From Macrostomum lignano (Eukaryota), in contig NIVC01001248.1 in the NCBI GenBank assembly GCA_002269645.1, forward strand, positions 1 to 64,000: DNA of 64,000 bases, in the 5' to 3' direction. The translations under genes were made by a program, and so were the position numbers. Of this stretch, positions 24,097-35,029 are shown piece by piece. Below the pieces are notes generated by a model that was not told the DNA's origin, searched no databases, and was given only the letters and a program-made list of their open reading frames with translations. How positions within the stretch are numbered: position 1 is the first letter of the stretch; every line of letters starts with the position of its first letter.

Positions 24097-27057
24097 TCAC
24101 GTTAAGCTCTGTTTGGTTGGTGTCCCGAGTTTTTTGTACTGCAGTCCATCAGGCGGCCTTCGATTACGAGTAGGATAGCGTTTATCAGCGTCTTCTGAAC
24201 GCGCTTGATCTTTTGGCAATGAGTCCGGACTCATTTTACTCTGAAATGTTGCTTCTAAACCAGAATCGCTATGACTTGTATCTTCTTCGGCCTCTTTAGC
24301 GTCGGTAACTCTTGGTTTTATCTGCTCCAGGTGCCTTCTCGAGATGTTTCCATCTTCACCTTCAACATTAACAATAGCCTTGCCTTCAGAGTTGATGACG
24401 ACTCCAGGTGCCCATTTGCGTTGGTGATCATTGTAGACCTTGACCCACACCGGTTGCTTTGACAGTTGGGTGATCGGGCCACGCAATAAATGACCACGCA
24501 TCATTTCAGCTGGAGATTTCCCTGTGGCAGCGTGCTTTGCATTCCGATACTGCAGCAAGAATCGATCTATGTTGGCCTGCATGCAGCTTTCCTGCTGTGC
24601 TGCTCTGAGGTGGTTTTTTAGATCACGGACGAATCTCTCCGCTTGTCCATTCGATCGCGGATGATATGGTGGTGTTAGAATGTGCTTACACCCGATTGAC
24701 TGTAGCCAGTTTTCCATATGCTTGGACGTAAATTGTGGTCCGTTATCGGACACTAGTGTAAGTGGCACACCTTCCTGTGCGAATGTGCGGCGAAGACGCA
24801 GAATAGTTTCTTCCGTTGTAGTGGAACTCATCAGATGGACCTCAGCCCATTTACTGTAGGCGTCAATCATTATGAGGCAATATTTTCCACTATTAAATGG
24901 ACCAGCATAGTCTATATGGACTCGGCTCCACTTCTCGGTTTCCTGTGGCCATGGAATCCATTCGCTCTTCGCATGATCTTTTTGCTGCTGGCAGTCCTTG
25001 CATGCCTTTGCCCGCTGCTGAATGTCCGCATCCACTGATGGCCACCATACGCACTGTCGGGCAATAGATTTCATTTTCTCCGCTCCTAAATGCCCATCAT
25101 GAAGCGTTCGTAGCACTTGATCACGAAGTACAGTGGGGATAATAGTTCTGATTCCCCGATACAAAATTCCATCTTCAATGGAGAACTCGCTTTGTAGCCG
25201 GGAAAATTCTGGCAACTGATTCTTTCCCCTTACCGTCCATCCATGTTTTACTTGGGCAAACAGCTTACGCATTGTTGGATCCCGTAGCGACTGTCTGCGA
25301 ATTTCTTTTTTATCCACCGGCATGTTGAGTACGGTGTCCTGAACTGTACTGACGTCAAATTGCTCATTATCGGCGCTAGTAGATGTCAATCTTGAAAGCG
25401 CATCGGCTACTGGAATTTCCTCAGATCGACGGCATTCCACGGTATAGTCATACGATGCCAGTGAGATCGCCCATCGCTGAATTCTAGCACTAGCCAGGCT
25501 GTTGAGGCTCTTTGCTGGATCAAATATATACTTCAGTGGATGATGATCCGTCACTAGTACAAACTTTCGAGCATACAAGTATTTATGAAGACGCTTAACA
25601 GCCCAGATGATTCCCAGCGCCTCGCGCTCAATTTGTGCATAGTTACGCTCCGGCTTACTGAGTGTCTTCGATATAAACATGACCGGTCCTTTGGATTGTT
25701 CAAGCACTGCTCCAAGACCGTAAGGGGAGGCGTCCGTTGTGAGTCTTTTAATTGAGTCGGATGGATCAAACAGTTTAATGACCTTCGACTCACAGATGCT
25801 AGTCTTGATTAGCTGACACGCAGACTGTTCCATGGGTCCCCATCGCCACTCTTCATCCTGTCGAACGAGCTTCGCTAGAGGCTCTTTGATGGTAGATAGA
25901 TTTTTTATAAATCTGGAGTAAAACTCTGCCAGGCCCAGGAATGATCTAAGCTCCTTGACAGACCTTGGATCTGCTAAACTCCGTATGGCTTCCCTCTTGT
26001 CTTCTGCTGGACAGATTCCTTCGCTGCCAATGTCGAGTCCCAGAAACTTAACTCTACTGCGCTTGAGTGCACTTTTCTGATAGTTAACCACGACATTGTT
26101 TTCCTGTAGGATGCGTGTAACAACGTTAATCTGGTCGTCGTGTTCCTGTTCCGTTTTTCCATATATGAGGATGTCGTCCTGGTAGCTGACCACATTTTTC
26201 TCCGAAGCTAATAGCTTGTCCATATATCCCTGAAAAATTGCCGGTGCCTGTTTGACACCATAAGCAAGGGCTTTGGGCTGATATAACCCGAAAGGGGTGC
26301 TCAGAGTTAGGATGCTTCCAGACGCATCGTCTACTGGTAACTGTAGGTAAGCGTTCGTCAGATCGAGAACAGAGAAGATCTTGGCTCCACCCAACTGGCT
26401 CAACACATCTTCAATGCATGGGGTGGTTGAGACCATATCGCATAGGGATTTGTTGACAGTCACCTTGTAGTCGCCGCATATGCGTATTTTTCCACTCTGC
26501 TTTCTCACAACCACAATCGGCGTTGCCCATTCGCTCTGATCAATCTTCTTCAGAATTCCTTCACTTTCCAGGCGGTCCAGTTCCTGTTTCACACTCTCTC
26601 GAATGCCGTATGGTATAGGTCTTGGCTTGAGAAACACGGGTCTGGCTTCGTCCTTTAAAACTAGATGTGCTTCGAAATGCGTTACCTGGTAAATATTCAG
26701 GTGCGGCTCAAGGGCGTGCATCCACTCAAGCCCATAGATGTTCGGAGCTCCTGGCCGATCCACGATGAAGATAGGAAGCTGTGTTGTGATGCCGTTGAAC
26801 TGCACTGTGACGATCGACTTACCAAACAGCGGGACTGCACAGCCCTGATAGTCCTTAAATGTTCTGTCGGCTGGCATAACATCTGTCCTCTGTGACAGTT
26901 GTTCGAATGAGTGTTTGGATACCAATGAGGCATCCGCACCCGTATCAAACATCATTTCAACACTTGTGCCGTTAATACTCACTGTGCGCAAAATTCTCTG
27001 CTTGCTGGTTGTCATGGAGAATATCTTGTCGCATTGATCCTCTTCACACTTCTCCAT
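24097..27057 (-). CDS. pol: Gypsy pol (protease, reverse transcriptase, RNase H, integrase)
   Basis: PR FDTGA; RT LDLTNAYLQ and YQDD; RNase H TDASPYGLGA and YAQIEREALG; integrase HxxH...CxxC, HIDYAGP, SDNGPQF, SNGQAER. Confidence 0.96.
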   Translation of the reverse strand: MEKCEEDQCDKIFSMTTSKQRILRTVSINGTSVEMMFDTGADASLVSKHSFEQLSQRTDVMPADRTFKDYQGCAVPLFGKSIVTVQFNGITTQLPIFIVDRPGAPNIYGLEWMHALEPHLNIYQVTHFEAHLVLKDEARPVFLKPRPIPYGIRESVKQELDRLESEGILKKIDQSEWATPIVVVRKQSGKIRICGDYKVTVNKSLCDMVSTTPCIEDVLSQLGGAKIFSVLDLTNAYLQLPVDDASGSILTLSTPFGLYQPKALAYGVKQAPAIFQGYMDKLLASEKNVVSYQDDILIYGKTEQEHDDQINVVTRILQENNVVVNYQKSALKRSRVKFLGLDIGSEGICPAEDKREAIRSLADPRSVKELRSFLGLAEFYSRFIKNLSTIKEPLAKLVRQDEEWRWGPMEQSACQLIKTSICESKVIKLFDPSDSIKRLTTDASPYGLGAVLEQSKGPVMFISKTLSKPERNYAQIEREALGIIWAVKRLHKYLYARKFVLVTDHHPLKYIFDPAKSLNSLASARIQRWAISLASYDYTVECRRSEEIPVADALSRLTSTSADNEQFDVSTVQDTVLNMPVDKKEIRRQSLRDPTMRKLFAQVKHGWTVRGKNQLPEFSRLQSEFSIEDGILYRGIRTIIPTVLRDQVLRTLHDGHLGAEKMKSIARQCVWWPSVDADIQQRAKACKDCQQQKDHAKSEWIPWPQETEKWSRVHIDYAGPFNSGKYCLIMIDAYSKWAEVHLMSSTTTEETILRLRRTFAQEGVPLTLVSDNGPQFTSKHMENWLQSIGCKHILTPPYHPRSNGQAERFVRDLKNHLRAAQQESCMQANIDRFLLQYRNAKHAATGKSPAEMMRGHLLRGPITQLSKQPVWVKVYNDHQRKWAPGVVINSEGKAIVNVEGEDGNISRRHLEQIKPRVTDAKEAEEDTSHSDSGLEATFQSKMSPDSLPKDQARSEDADKRYPTRNRRPPDGLQYKKLGTPTKQSLT

Positions 27058-27066
27058 TGATGGTGA

Positions 27067-27870
27067 TTACAGCACTAGTCGAACCCTTGAAGACTCGCGG
27101 TGTCTTTCGGCCTTTGTCTTCGAAGCTCTGCAGACAGATCTCAGGTGACCCAATTTTCCGCAGCTATCACACTTCAAGGATTTGAATCGGCATTCACTCT
27201 TTAGATGATTAGGTTTCCCACAGCAGCAGCAAGTGACCTGCTTGGCGTTCTTGTCCTCACTCGTGGGTTTTTGTGAACGTTTCCTTCCGGCTTCGCTGCC
27301 TTTTTGCGGTCGACCACTTGTCTGACGCATCTGCAGTACATTCAAGCCGGTCATGTCTTTCTCCCCACGCTGGACCGCTTCGCAAGCCGCAGCTACCGCC
27401 GTTACCTTGTCCCACGTCAGGTCTTCGATTTTCTCAGACAGTAGCTTCCGCAGAATCTCTTTACTCTGGAGTCCAAAGATAAACTGATCTCTGAGCCGGT
27501 CTGCCGAATCGGTAAATTTGCAGGCTTCGGACAGCTGCTTCAGCCTCCTGCTGTAAGTGGCTATGTCCTCATTGTTCTCCTGCTTCGCTTTATGGAACTC
27601 AAAGCGGCTTGCAATCACAGATTTCTCACCTTTGACCTCTTTGGTGAGCAGCTTGCTGAGCGTATCAAAGTCCTTGGTGTCCAACTTATCGGGCAGCACC
27701 GCATCAGCAAGGAGGTTAAAAATTCGCTTGCCGAGCAGCGCCAGAAAAGCGTTGCGCTTTTTGTCGTCTTTCCAGTCATTCAGCGTGGCGCAGATTTCGA
27801 ATCGCTGCAGCCATCGGTGGGGGTCCTCGCTCTCTTCTAGCGGTTCGATGGTTGGCAGCCTCGTCGCCAT
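27067..27870 (-). CDS. gag: Gypsy gag with two CCHC zinc knuckles
   Basis: ATG at 27870 overlaps the PBS (MATRLP...). Knuckles CCCCGKPNHLKSEC and CDSCGKLGHLRSVC. Ends at TAA 27069-27067, in frame with pol. Confidence 0.92.
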   Translation of the reverse strand: MATRLPTIEPLEESEDPHRWLQRFEICATLNDWKDDKKRNAFLALLGKRIFNLLADAVLPDKLDTKDFDTLSKLLTKEVKGEKSVIASRFEFHKAKQENNEDIATYSRRLKQLSEACKFTDSADRLRDQFIFGLQSKEILRKLLSEKIEDLTWDKVTAVAAACEAVQRGEKDMTGLNVLQMRQTSGRPQKGSEAGRKRSQKPTSEDKNAKQVTCCCCGKPNHLKSECRFKSLKCDSCGKLGHLRSVCRASKTKAERHRESSRVRLVL

Positions 27871-28057
27871 TGTTAGCTCGGAGTCGATTATTGAATCACT
27901 TTCACTTGACAATCAAGCTGCATGCTCTCGCGGCTTACCAGTACTTTGCCTTCTTTCGTTCTTTTTTATTTATTCTTTAGCGCTGCCTTCACTCATTACA
28001 ACTCTATGGGTTTGGCCAAAGACAGCATACCGACGCACACACAAGCCGATACTAACA
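27871..28057 (-). repeat. 5' LTR (187 bp)
   Basis: TG...CA ends, followed on the - strand by the PBS matching the 3' end of tRNA-Ser(GCT). Confidence 0.95.
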
Positions 28058-28612
28058 CCTGTAGGTGACACTTGTCAAGGAGCCCTCTATACCTGTAGGT
28101 GACATTGGTCAAGGAGCCCTCTATACCTGTAGGCGACATTGGTCAAGGAGCCCTCTATACCTGTAGGTGACATTGGTCAAGGAGCCCTCTATACCTGTAG
28201 GTGACACTGGTAAAGGAGCCCTCTATACCTGTAGGCGACACTGGTCAAGGAGCCCTCTATACCTGTAGGCGACACTGGTAAAGGAGCTCTCTATACCTAC
28301 CTGTGGGTGACACTGGTCAAGGAGCCCTCTATACCTGTAGGCGACACTGGTCAAGGAGCCCTCTATACCTGTAGGCGACACTGGTCAAGGAGCCCTCTAT
28401 ACCTGTAGGCGACACTGGTAAAGGAGCTCTCTATACCTACCTGTGGGTGACACTGGTCAAGGAGCCCTCTATACCTGTAGGCGACACTGGTCAAGGAGCC
28501 CTCTATACCTGTAGGCGACACTGATCAAGGAGTCCTCTATACCTGTAGGCGACACTGGTAAAGGAGCCCTCTATACGAGCGTACCTACCTGTGGGTGACA
28601 CAGGTCAAGGAG
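28058..28612. repeat. 34-bp satellite, right part (~15 units, some with a TACC insertion)
   Basis: Same monomer as 23634-23765. Confidence 0.95.
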
Positions 28613-29149
28613 ATATTATTTTTTTGAGAAATGAATATTTTTACCACATTTCTCTCAACAGTTTTTAAATGGCGCAGTCGATTCTTGAATGTTTCATCTC
28701 ATTTGAAAGCTGAATAAAGTCTCTGGTTTTCAAATGTTGTCTGCCGCTTGAAGGCCAGTGCAGGGCTAGCGTCACCTACTGGTATAAAAGGCTCCTTGAC
28801 TTGGTGACGACTTGTCTTAGTGAGCATACATTTATTTCTATAATTAAGGCATAAAAGCTATGATTTTCTTACTGAATTATTGCTCTCAATGCTTCCATTT
28901 CCGTCAAACCTACCATTGAGTCCCTCAAACTGTGCTTAGACCTGTTGATCCTGTTGACTTTTGATTCCTGTCGCTGCTTCCCATGTTGCCTTCCCAGACT
29001 TGCTAACATCAATTTTTGCTAGATCAAAAGTGCACTTCGTATCTGTACATAGTTTAAACCAGTAATCTAGTGCCCCCTTCGGGGCGCCCAATTAGCAAGG
29101 GACAAAAAATTGTTTATGTGAAATCTATTTGCCTTGACACCTCAGCAAT

Positions 29150-29445
29150 CCCCAGTAAGCCTTGACATCTACGCAATTCAACTCGAGCCTTGACATCTCA
29201 GCAATCCCCCACTAAGCCTTGACATCTCAGCAATCCCCCAGTAAGCCTTGACATCTCAGCAATCCCCCACTAAGCCTTGACATTGANCTCAGCAATCCCC
29301 CACTAAGCCTTGACATCTCAGCAATCCCCCACTAAGCCTTGACATCTCAGCAATCCCCCAGTAAGCCTTGACATCTCAGAAATTCCCCCACTAAGCCTTG
29401 ACATCTCAGCAATCCCCAGTAAGCCTTGACATCTCAGTAATTCCC
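29150..29445. repeat. 29-bp minisatellite (agccttgacatctcagcaatcccccasta)
   Basis: About 10 units; contains an N at 29287. Confidence 0.92.
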
Positions 29446-30429
29446 TCGAGAAAGCTTCCTTTCTCAGCTAGTGCAATAATCCCTTTTTAGCCAGTGCCAG
29501 AAGGTCCAGAAGCTCCGCCTGGGTGAAGTCCAATGACCAAAAAAAGTCAGAGCTGATGCAGACACATGCGGTCAATGTGCTGATGAAATTTGGAGTCTTA
29601 GCAAGGCTGCAGTGAGGCGCAGTGCTGATTGGCGCACAGGGGTGCACTGAATACACTAGAGCTTATGGGGGAAATCCGACCTTCTGGCAGAATCGTTGAA
29701 TATCTCGACGGTCCGGAGGGCTGGCGACTTGATTCTTGTTTGAGAAGGTGCGCAACAAAAGTTAGCCGTGTTGTTGACTTTCGTGTGCCTGCGTTGCTCC
29801 GTTCCGGAACAGCAAAACAAATTGTCAGGGTTGTCAGAAGACTCCCACCGCAAAAATGATACTTTCCAAAGATTTTCCACTTCAATTTTCGAGAAGCATC
29901 AGAAACCTGATCTTGATACAATTTTTACAATGCGTTCGTTTAACGTGACTTGACTTAGAATCATCTGGTGTAAATTATGGACGTTAATGTGCTCTACGTG
30001 AAGATTGGAAAATGGTTTCTTTAAAAGCATTAAACAGCATTAGAGCCATTTGAAACACATTTTGCTTTGTTGAATGAAGATTCAAGACTATCGTTAATCT
30101 TGTTTCTTTCCCACCTAGAATGCTCACTTTAAAGGCTTCATTGACTCATCTCAGCTTTCCGCTTCAGGCAACAATTATTTTATCCGACTACCCTTATAAT
30201 TTTAATCAGAGACTTTGCATGAAATTTGATTTCCTGAGAGGATATTTTCTTAGCCACGACTTATCTTAGAAATCTTCCGAATGCAACGCTGGCCAATGAA
30301 GCAAAGACAAAGCAGGAAAATTGGCCAATCAAAAGAGACCTACAGGTGATGGAAGCTTTGAAATGCCAGCTCCTACTGAGACATCTTACACCAGCAGTTT
30401 AGTCTGCATGAATAGTCCTGAAGCCTGTA

Positions 30430-30747
30430 ATGTCTGAAGGCGTCGATATCACCGACAGCCCCGAGGCCAGCAACGCCACGGGTCCCGGATACAGCAGGCT
30501 GTACATCGCAGTGCGGGCCGTCACCATTCCCGCGGCCGCCGCCGGCCTGATGCTCAGCTGTCTGTCGCTGACGCTGCTGGTCCGCAAGTACCTGCGCAAC
30601 CGGGAGGTGTTCGACGTCGGCCTCATCCTGATGCAGCTGGCCCACGTCAACTACTGCCTGGCCGCCTGCGGCTACATGCCGTTCGACCTGGCGCTGCTCA
30701 TGTCGGAGCACACTTTAGAGGCGTCACTGGCGAACACGTTGTTCGAT
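30430..30747 (+). CDS. 7TM receptor copy C, exon 1
   Basis: ATG at 30430, 106 codons, NAT sequon, donor GAT|GTGAGC at 30748. Confidence 0.85.
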
Positions 30748-31339
30748 GTGAGCTGGCTCGATGGCTTTATCAATTAATTGCATAATCTGCGGGTCCTTTT
30801 CTGATTTCAGCATGTAGAGAATGCAGATGATGTGCAATTCTCTCTCATGAAGGCCAATTCACAAGGTGCAGAGTGCGCACAGGTATGTGACAAGGTAGAA
30901 GTTTTTCATTATTTCAGCACAAAAATCTTTCATCTTTTTATCTTTCGATGTGACTGCCTTTTTTGTAGTTCGATTAATATTCGTAGAGCTTTTTGTTTAG
31001 AAAACTAGAATTCTACGTTAATTTTATATCCTATGTACATGTCCTAAGCCTAAAAATCGTAAGAATGGTACTGCTCGAGTCATTCATTTTTTGAAATATT
31101 TTAATTATGCTTTGCTAATAAAGCACAAATAACTTCACTAAAATAACGCCTGCAAATAGATGGCATATCAAAAAACGTTTGACATTAACACTTTAATTTC
31201 AGAGAAACCAATCAAAACAGGCAAAGGCAAAACCATGGCATACAGTATATGCCGAGAACAATCGTGTCTCTCAAAACAGTGTTGGATAGATTGAAATCAA
31301 ACCCGATCAATGTTCAGAGAATTTCTTCCTCGTTTAAGC

Positions 31340-32278
31340 AGTGCGTGATGAAGCGAAGCGTCTGCCGAAACCAGCCACCGCATTTGGCTACTGTAATCTC
31401 AGCCGTTGCCTCCTCCGCAATCCGATGAAGAACGAGTACGCGCCACTCCAGCAGTGTTGTCTCTGGCAGTGGATTGTCCAATTCGATTTGCACCTGTGGC
31501 TGCGCAAATTACCGCTTGGTGGCCGCCTTCAAACAGGAATGCGCCCACTCGGTCGGGTCCAGAAATGGAGAATATGGAGGCAGTACTGCAACCTGCCAGT
31601 TCAGCTCAAACTGCTGGGGGATCCTCAGCCTGTTATGGAAGCGAGCTCCATCAATGATGACTAAGAAGTTGTCGGCATCGTCTACATCATCTCGATTGTT
31701 TACAGCATGGAGCAGCTCCTCGACAAATGCTTGAAACTCGTCGGACTTACTGGCCACGTCTGCTGGCCACGTCTCGCCGGTCCACGTCCTCGGGACCGGC
31801 GAGTGCAAATGTTGAAACCGGTCTCATCAACATAGATGAGGTGACGTTCAGGTGGAACACCAGTGAGCCAGTGAGCAAATTCTCGTCGGCATGCCCGGTT
31901 TTCAGGACTATTCCTGACCACTGGCACATCGGCGTCTCGACCAAGGCACTTCAATGTAATCAGCTGTCTGTCCAAGGTCCGGCTTACAGTTGTAGTACTC
32001 ACTTCGAGGCCTGGATAGGTGTCAGTCAGCTTGCTTCGCAACTCTTTCAACGTCATTAGAGGATTGCTATCCAGTGATGAAAGAAGCAGTTGAATGCGTT
32101 GCTCTTCCAGTTTTCGATGCTCGATCTCCACCCGTGGTGCGCGGTCCCGGCGTCCCGTGATTTCATAGCGACGCCTGATAGAATACACTGTTTTTCTCTT
32201 TACGTCCAGCCATCGCGAAATGTGCTCATGATGTAACCGCCCTTGTCGCCTGTCCGCTCCGTTAAGAGACGAACGCAT
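31340..32278 (-). pseudogene. IS630/Tc1-mariner superfamily transposase, frameshifted
   Basis: HTH-like N-terminus, YVDETGF (first D), IIDGARFH (second D), LPPYSPFLDPTE (E). The reading frame shifts near 31750-31800; TIRs not identified. Confidence 0.85.
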
Positions 32279-32471
32279 GACTAGAGGGGGCAATGACCGT
32301 AGGCTGCCTATGACCGGGCAATGACCTGATGGACCTCCAGCACCAGACTGTCCCGCCCACATGATTGATAGCTTTGGTAGCGCTTTGTGACCAGAGGGCC
32401 AAGGACCCACATGGACCCCACCTGTAGCCAAGGTACAATAATTGGTCACTCGGTCATAATATGACCGAGTG

Positions 32472-34000
32472 GCTGCCACCACTCTATGTGACCTGGCGCA
32501 CCTGGATCTTTCTACCAGACCTCTCGAGGCTAGAGCCCCGCCTGGAATGGTTACCAGGAGGTTTAGGCTAACAGGGGAGACACATGCAGCCGAGTACAGG
32601 GACTCTGCTTGGGGCATGATCGGGAACTCTGGGCTCAATCCGGAGGATTTCTCAGCAGGGGATCCTTTGTGGCTGTGAGCGAGGCTGACTTGCGACTTTG
32701 ATTACTAAGAGTAGTATGAGGCGAACATGTACTGTCTATAGTTTAGATTGCTCAGGGCGAAGGGACGCGTCAGCATGGGGTTGCAACCTTCCTACTGCCA
32801 TTCTGTGCCAAGACTCGCTAATCCCTCTACTGCACGCACACGCGGCCCCGCAGCACGCACTCACAGGCGGGCTTTGCACGGGGAGAGGCCATTAGCTTAC
32901 CCAAACTTCCTTATGCTTTGCCACCCCGGGGGAAAGGCTTAGCAAGCCATGAGTGAAATGATGGTGAAAGAGTGAATAATGATGAGGTTAGTTAATAGTT
33001 AATAATTAGGCCCTTGGGCAAATGGTCAGGCAATTAGGCGGCTTCACTATTGAGTAAAATACAGCAAAAGTTACGGTATCACAATTGGCTCAGCTCTCTA
33101 ATTAAGCAATGGCAAAATAGGCAAACCCCGGATAAGCAAAGGCGATTAGAGCACAAATTAGTAACAGGAACTTACCGGCAGCTGCACAGAGAGAGAGAGA
33201 GGCGGAGTGACCGAGGGCGGCTGTAGGCTGCAGTCAGGCAGACGGTGAAGCGGCGATGCGCTGAAGCGACTAGGCGCTGGTGTAGATCAGGCGATGCTGT
33301 TGATGCTGGGCGGTATCAGACCGCTGGCCGATAGGCGAGCTCACTCGGGGAGCTAAGGATAACTTGGCGGTAACAGACCGCGGACCGGCAGGGGTTCGTC
33401 TGATAGACGGGAAGGTCAGAGCAGTGTCTGACCGCAAGTCCAAAGAAGGACGAGGAGACCAACAGTCTGAGGATTCTCCTGCCGAAATCGCTTCCTTTTA
33501 TAGCCTTCACAGTCGCCTCTCCAAGGTCGTTACCATGGCTCCCTCTCTCTGATTGGCTGCCGGCAGAATGACGTCAGAATGAGTCATGATGAGAAGCATG
33601 AGACCGGCATAGCAACATGAGAAATAGGGAAATTGCGCAATCCGGAGGTGGGGTGGGGGATAATTGGCGCAGCGGGTGGTCGCGAAAGTGTTGCGCAAGC
33701 AAACATTGAGAACAATAGGGCTGGGGTCGAGAACAAAGGAATTGGAAATCGGGGATAATTGGGGAGAATCGAGAACAATAGAAAAGCAAACATTGAAGAA
33801 AAGGTGATAATTAGGTGCGAAAACGAGAACAAAAGAAAGAGAAAATCGGAGAAAATGTGATAATTGGTGTGGGTAAAGAGAACAAAAGAATCAAAAACGA
33901 GAACAATAGAAGCGGAGGTGGGGTGGGTGTCGCATGAGAAAATTGGGGAGGAGAACAATGGCGTGAGAAAAGGTTGCGCAAGGAAGGGGTGAGTCATCGA
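32472..34000 (-). mobile_element. Putative LTR-like/promoter-bearing insertion in the intron of copy C
   Basis: On the - strand: TATAAAA (33502-33496), CCAAT (33556-33552), TGACGTCA (33569) and TGAGTCA (33580) upstream, a GTAAGT donor at 33175, and TGGTGGCAGC at 32481-32472. Boundaries uncertain. Confidence 0.35.
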
Positions 34001-35029
34001 TGAGTCATCGAGGGGAAGAAGGGGTCACACGACTTGCGTCACCGTTTGGGAGTTTGGGAGGGGATGGGGAGACGGTGAGCACACAAAATACTGTAAGTAG
34101 ACATAGGGAAAGAGGGGACAGCGCAGGAAAAGAGTGCAGAGGGAGACAAAAAGAGAGGGGACAGGAAGAGTACAAGAAGAATAGGGTAGAGCGCAGGGGA
34201 GATAGGGTGGAGGGGGGGGGGTACAGAGAGGGACAGGGAGCTCCGGAAAGGCAGGTGTGGCGGCAGGGGAGACGGAGCCAAGGCAGCAGGGGGTGCAGCA
34301 GAGCGGGAGTCTCCAGGCCTGGTCGGAGACCTGGCCGAGTCTCGACAGCTCTGCGCAGAGGGTGCACGGGATAGGAGGCACTTTCAAAAAAGTTCCCATG
34401 CCCTATCCCGCGACCAGAGCGTGGTTACATCACTCAGCACTATCACCTCTCTCGATGGCAGCGACAATCAGGTCGTACTTTTCGTTGCTTATCTTGCAAT
34501 AGGGTTCTCGCCCTGCAAGATTCTGCTCATCCACTGCATCTTGGGCTGTCGTCAGTGCTCTGCTCGCTAAATTCTTCGTCTGCCATATCCATGTTTGTCT
34601 GATGAAATCTGTTACTTTCTATGGTCTAAGGCTTGCACAACTGTGGAAAGGATTAATAGCGCGCCCAAATTCTCAAATTGGTTGCTCCACAGACCCCCAT
34701 TTCGGGCCATAGACAATGAAAAGCATTAATTTTTTAACACCAGAGCCTCGTCAAAGGTGTATATCAAACGTGCATTTTGGCCTAATATAGACATAGACCA
34801 TATTTATGAGAAAAGCCTAGTCAATATTGTCTCATTTGTCTGAATGCTTGAATTATTTTATTAAAAATTTGTTAATGTAACATTTTGTTACAGAGTCAAT
34901 AAGCTAAGCAAGATAAAAAAGATTTGTGAAACAAAAGGGTCGAGCTGTGCCATTTTTACAATTATTAGGCACAGGACATGTACGTAGGATGTAAAACTAA
35001 CACAGAATCCTAATTTTCTACACAAAAAG

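Larger units (their letters stand above)
23766..28057 (-). mobile_element. Full-length Ty3/Gypsy LTR retrotransposon, Mag-like, 4292 bp
   Basis: Two LTRs (TGTTAG...CTAACA), 5-bp TSD CCTGT (23761-23765 and 28058-28062), PBS TGGCGACGAGG next to the 5' LTR, PPT GGGAGGAG next to the 3' LTR, gag and pol in PR-RT-RH-IN order. Confidence 0.97.

Noticed and set aside
27871-27912. Gag start at 27912 as given in the ORF track
   Set aside because: It lies within the 5' LTR; the ATG at 27870 after the LTR end is the plausible start.
23634-28612. 34-bp repeats as a CRISPR array (also the 36-bp and 29-bp arrays)
   Set aside because: The units are head-to-tail with no unique spacers, there are no cas genes, and the context is eukaryotic.
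29287-29287. Ambiguous base N
   Set aside because: An assembly artefact inside a minisatellite. It signals that array lengths and single-base frameshifts in this window may be unreliable.
31340-32278. Bacterial contamination or horizontal IS630 insertion
   Set aside because: IS630-like transposases are widespread in eukaryotes, and this copy is decayed and embedded in a spliceosomal intron.
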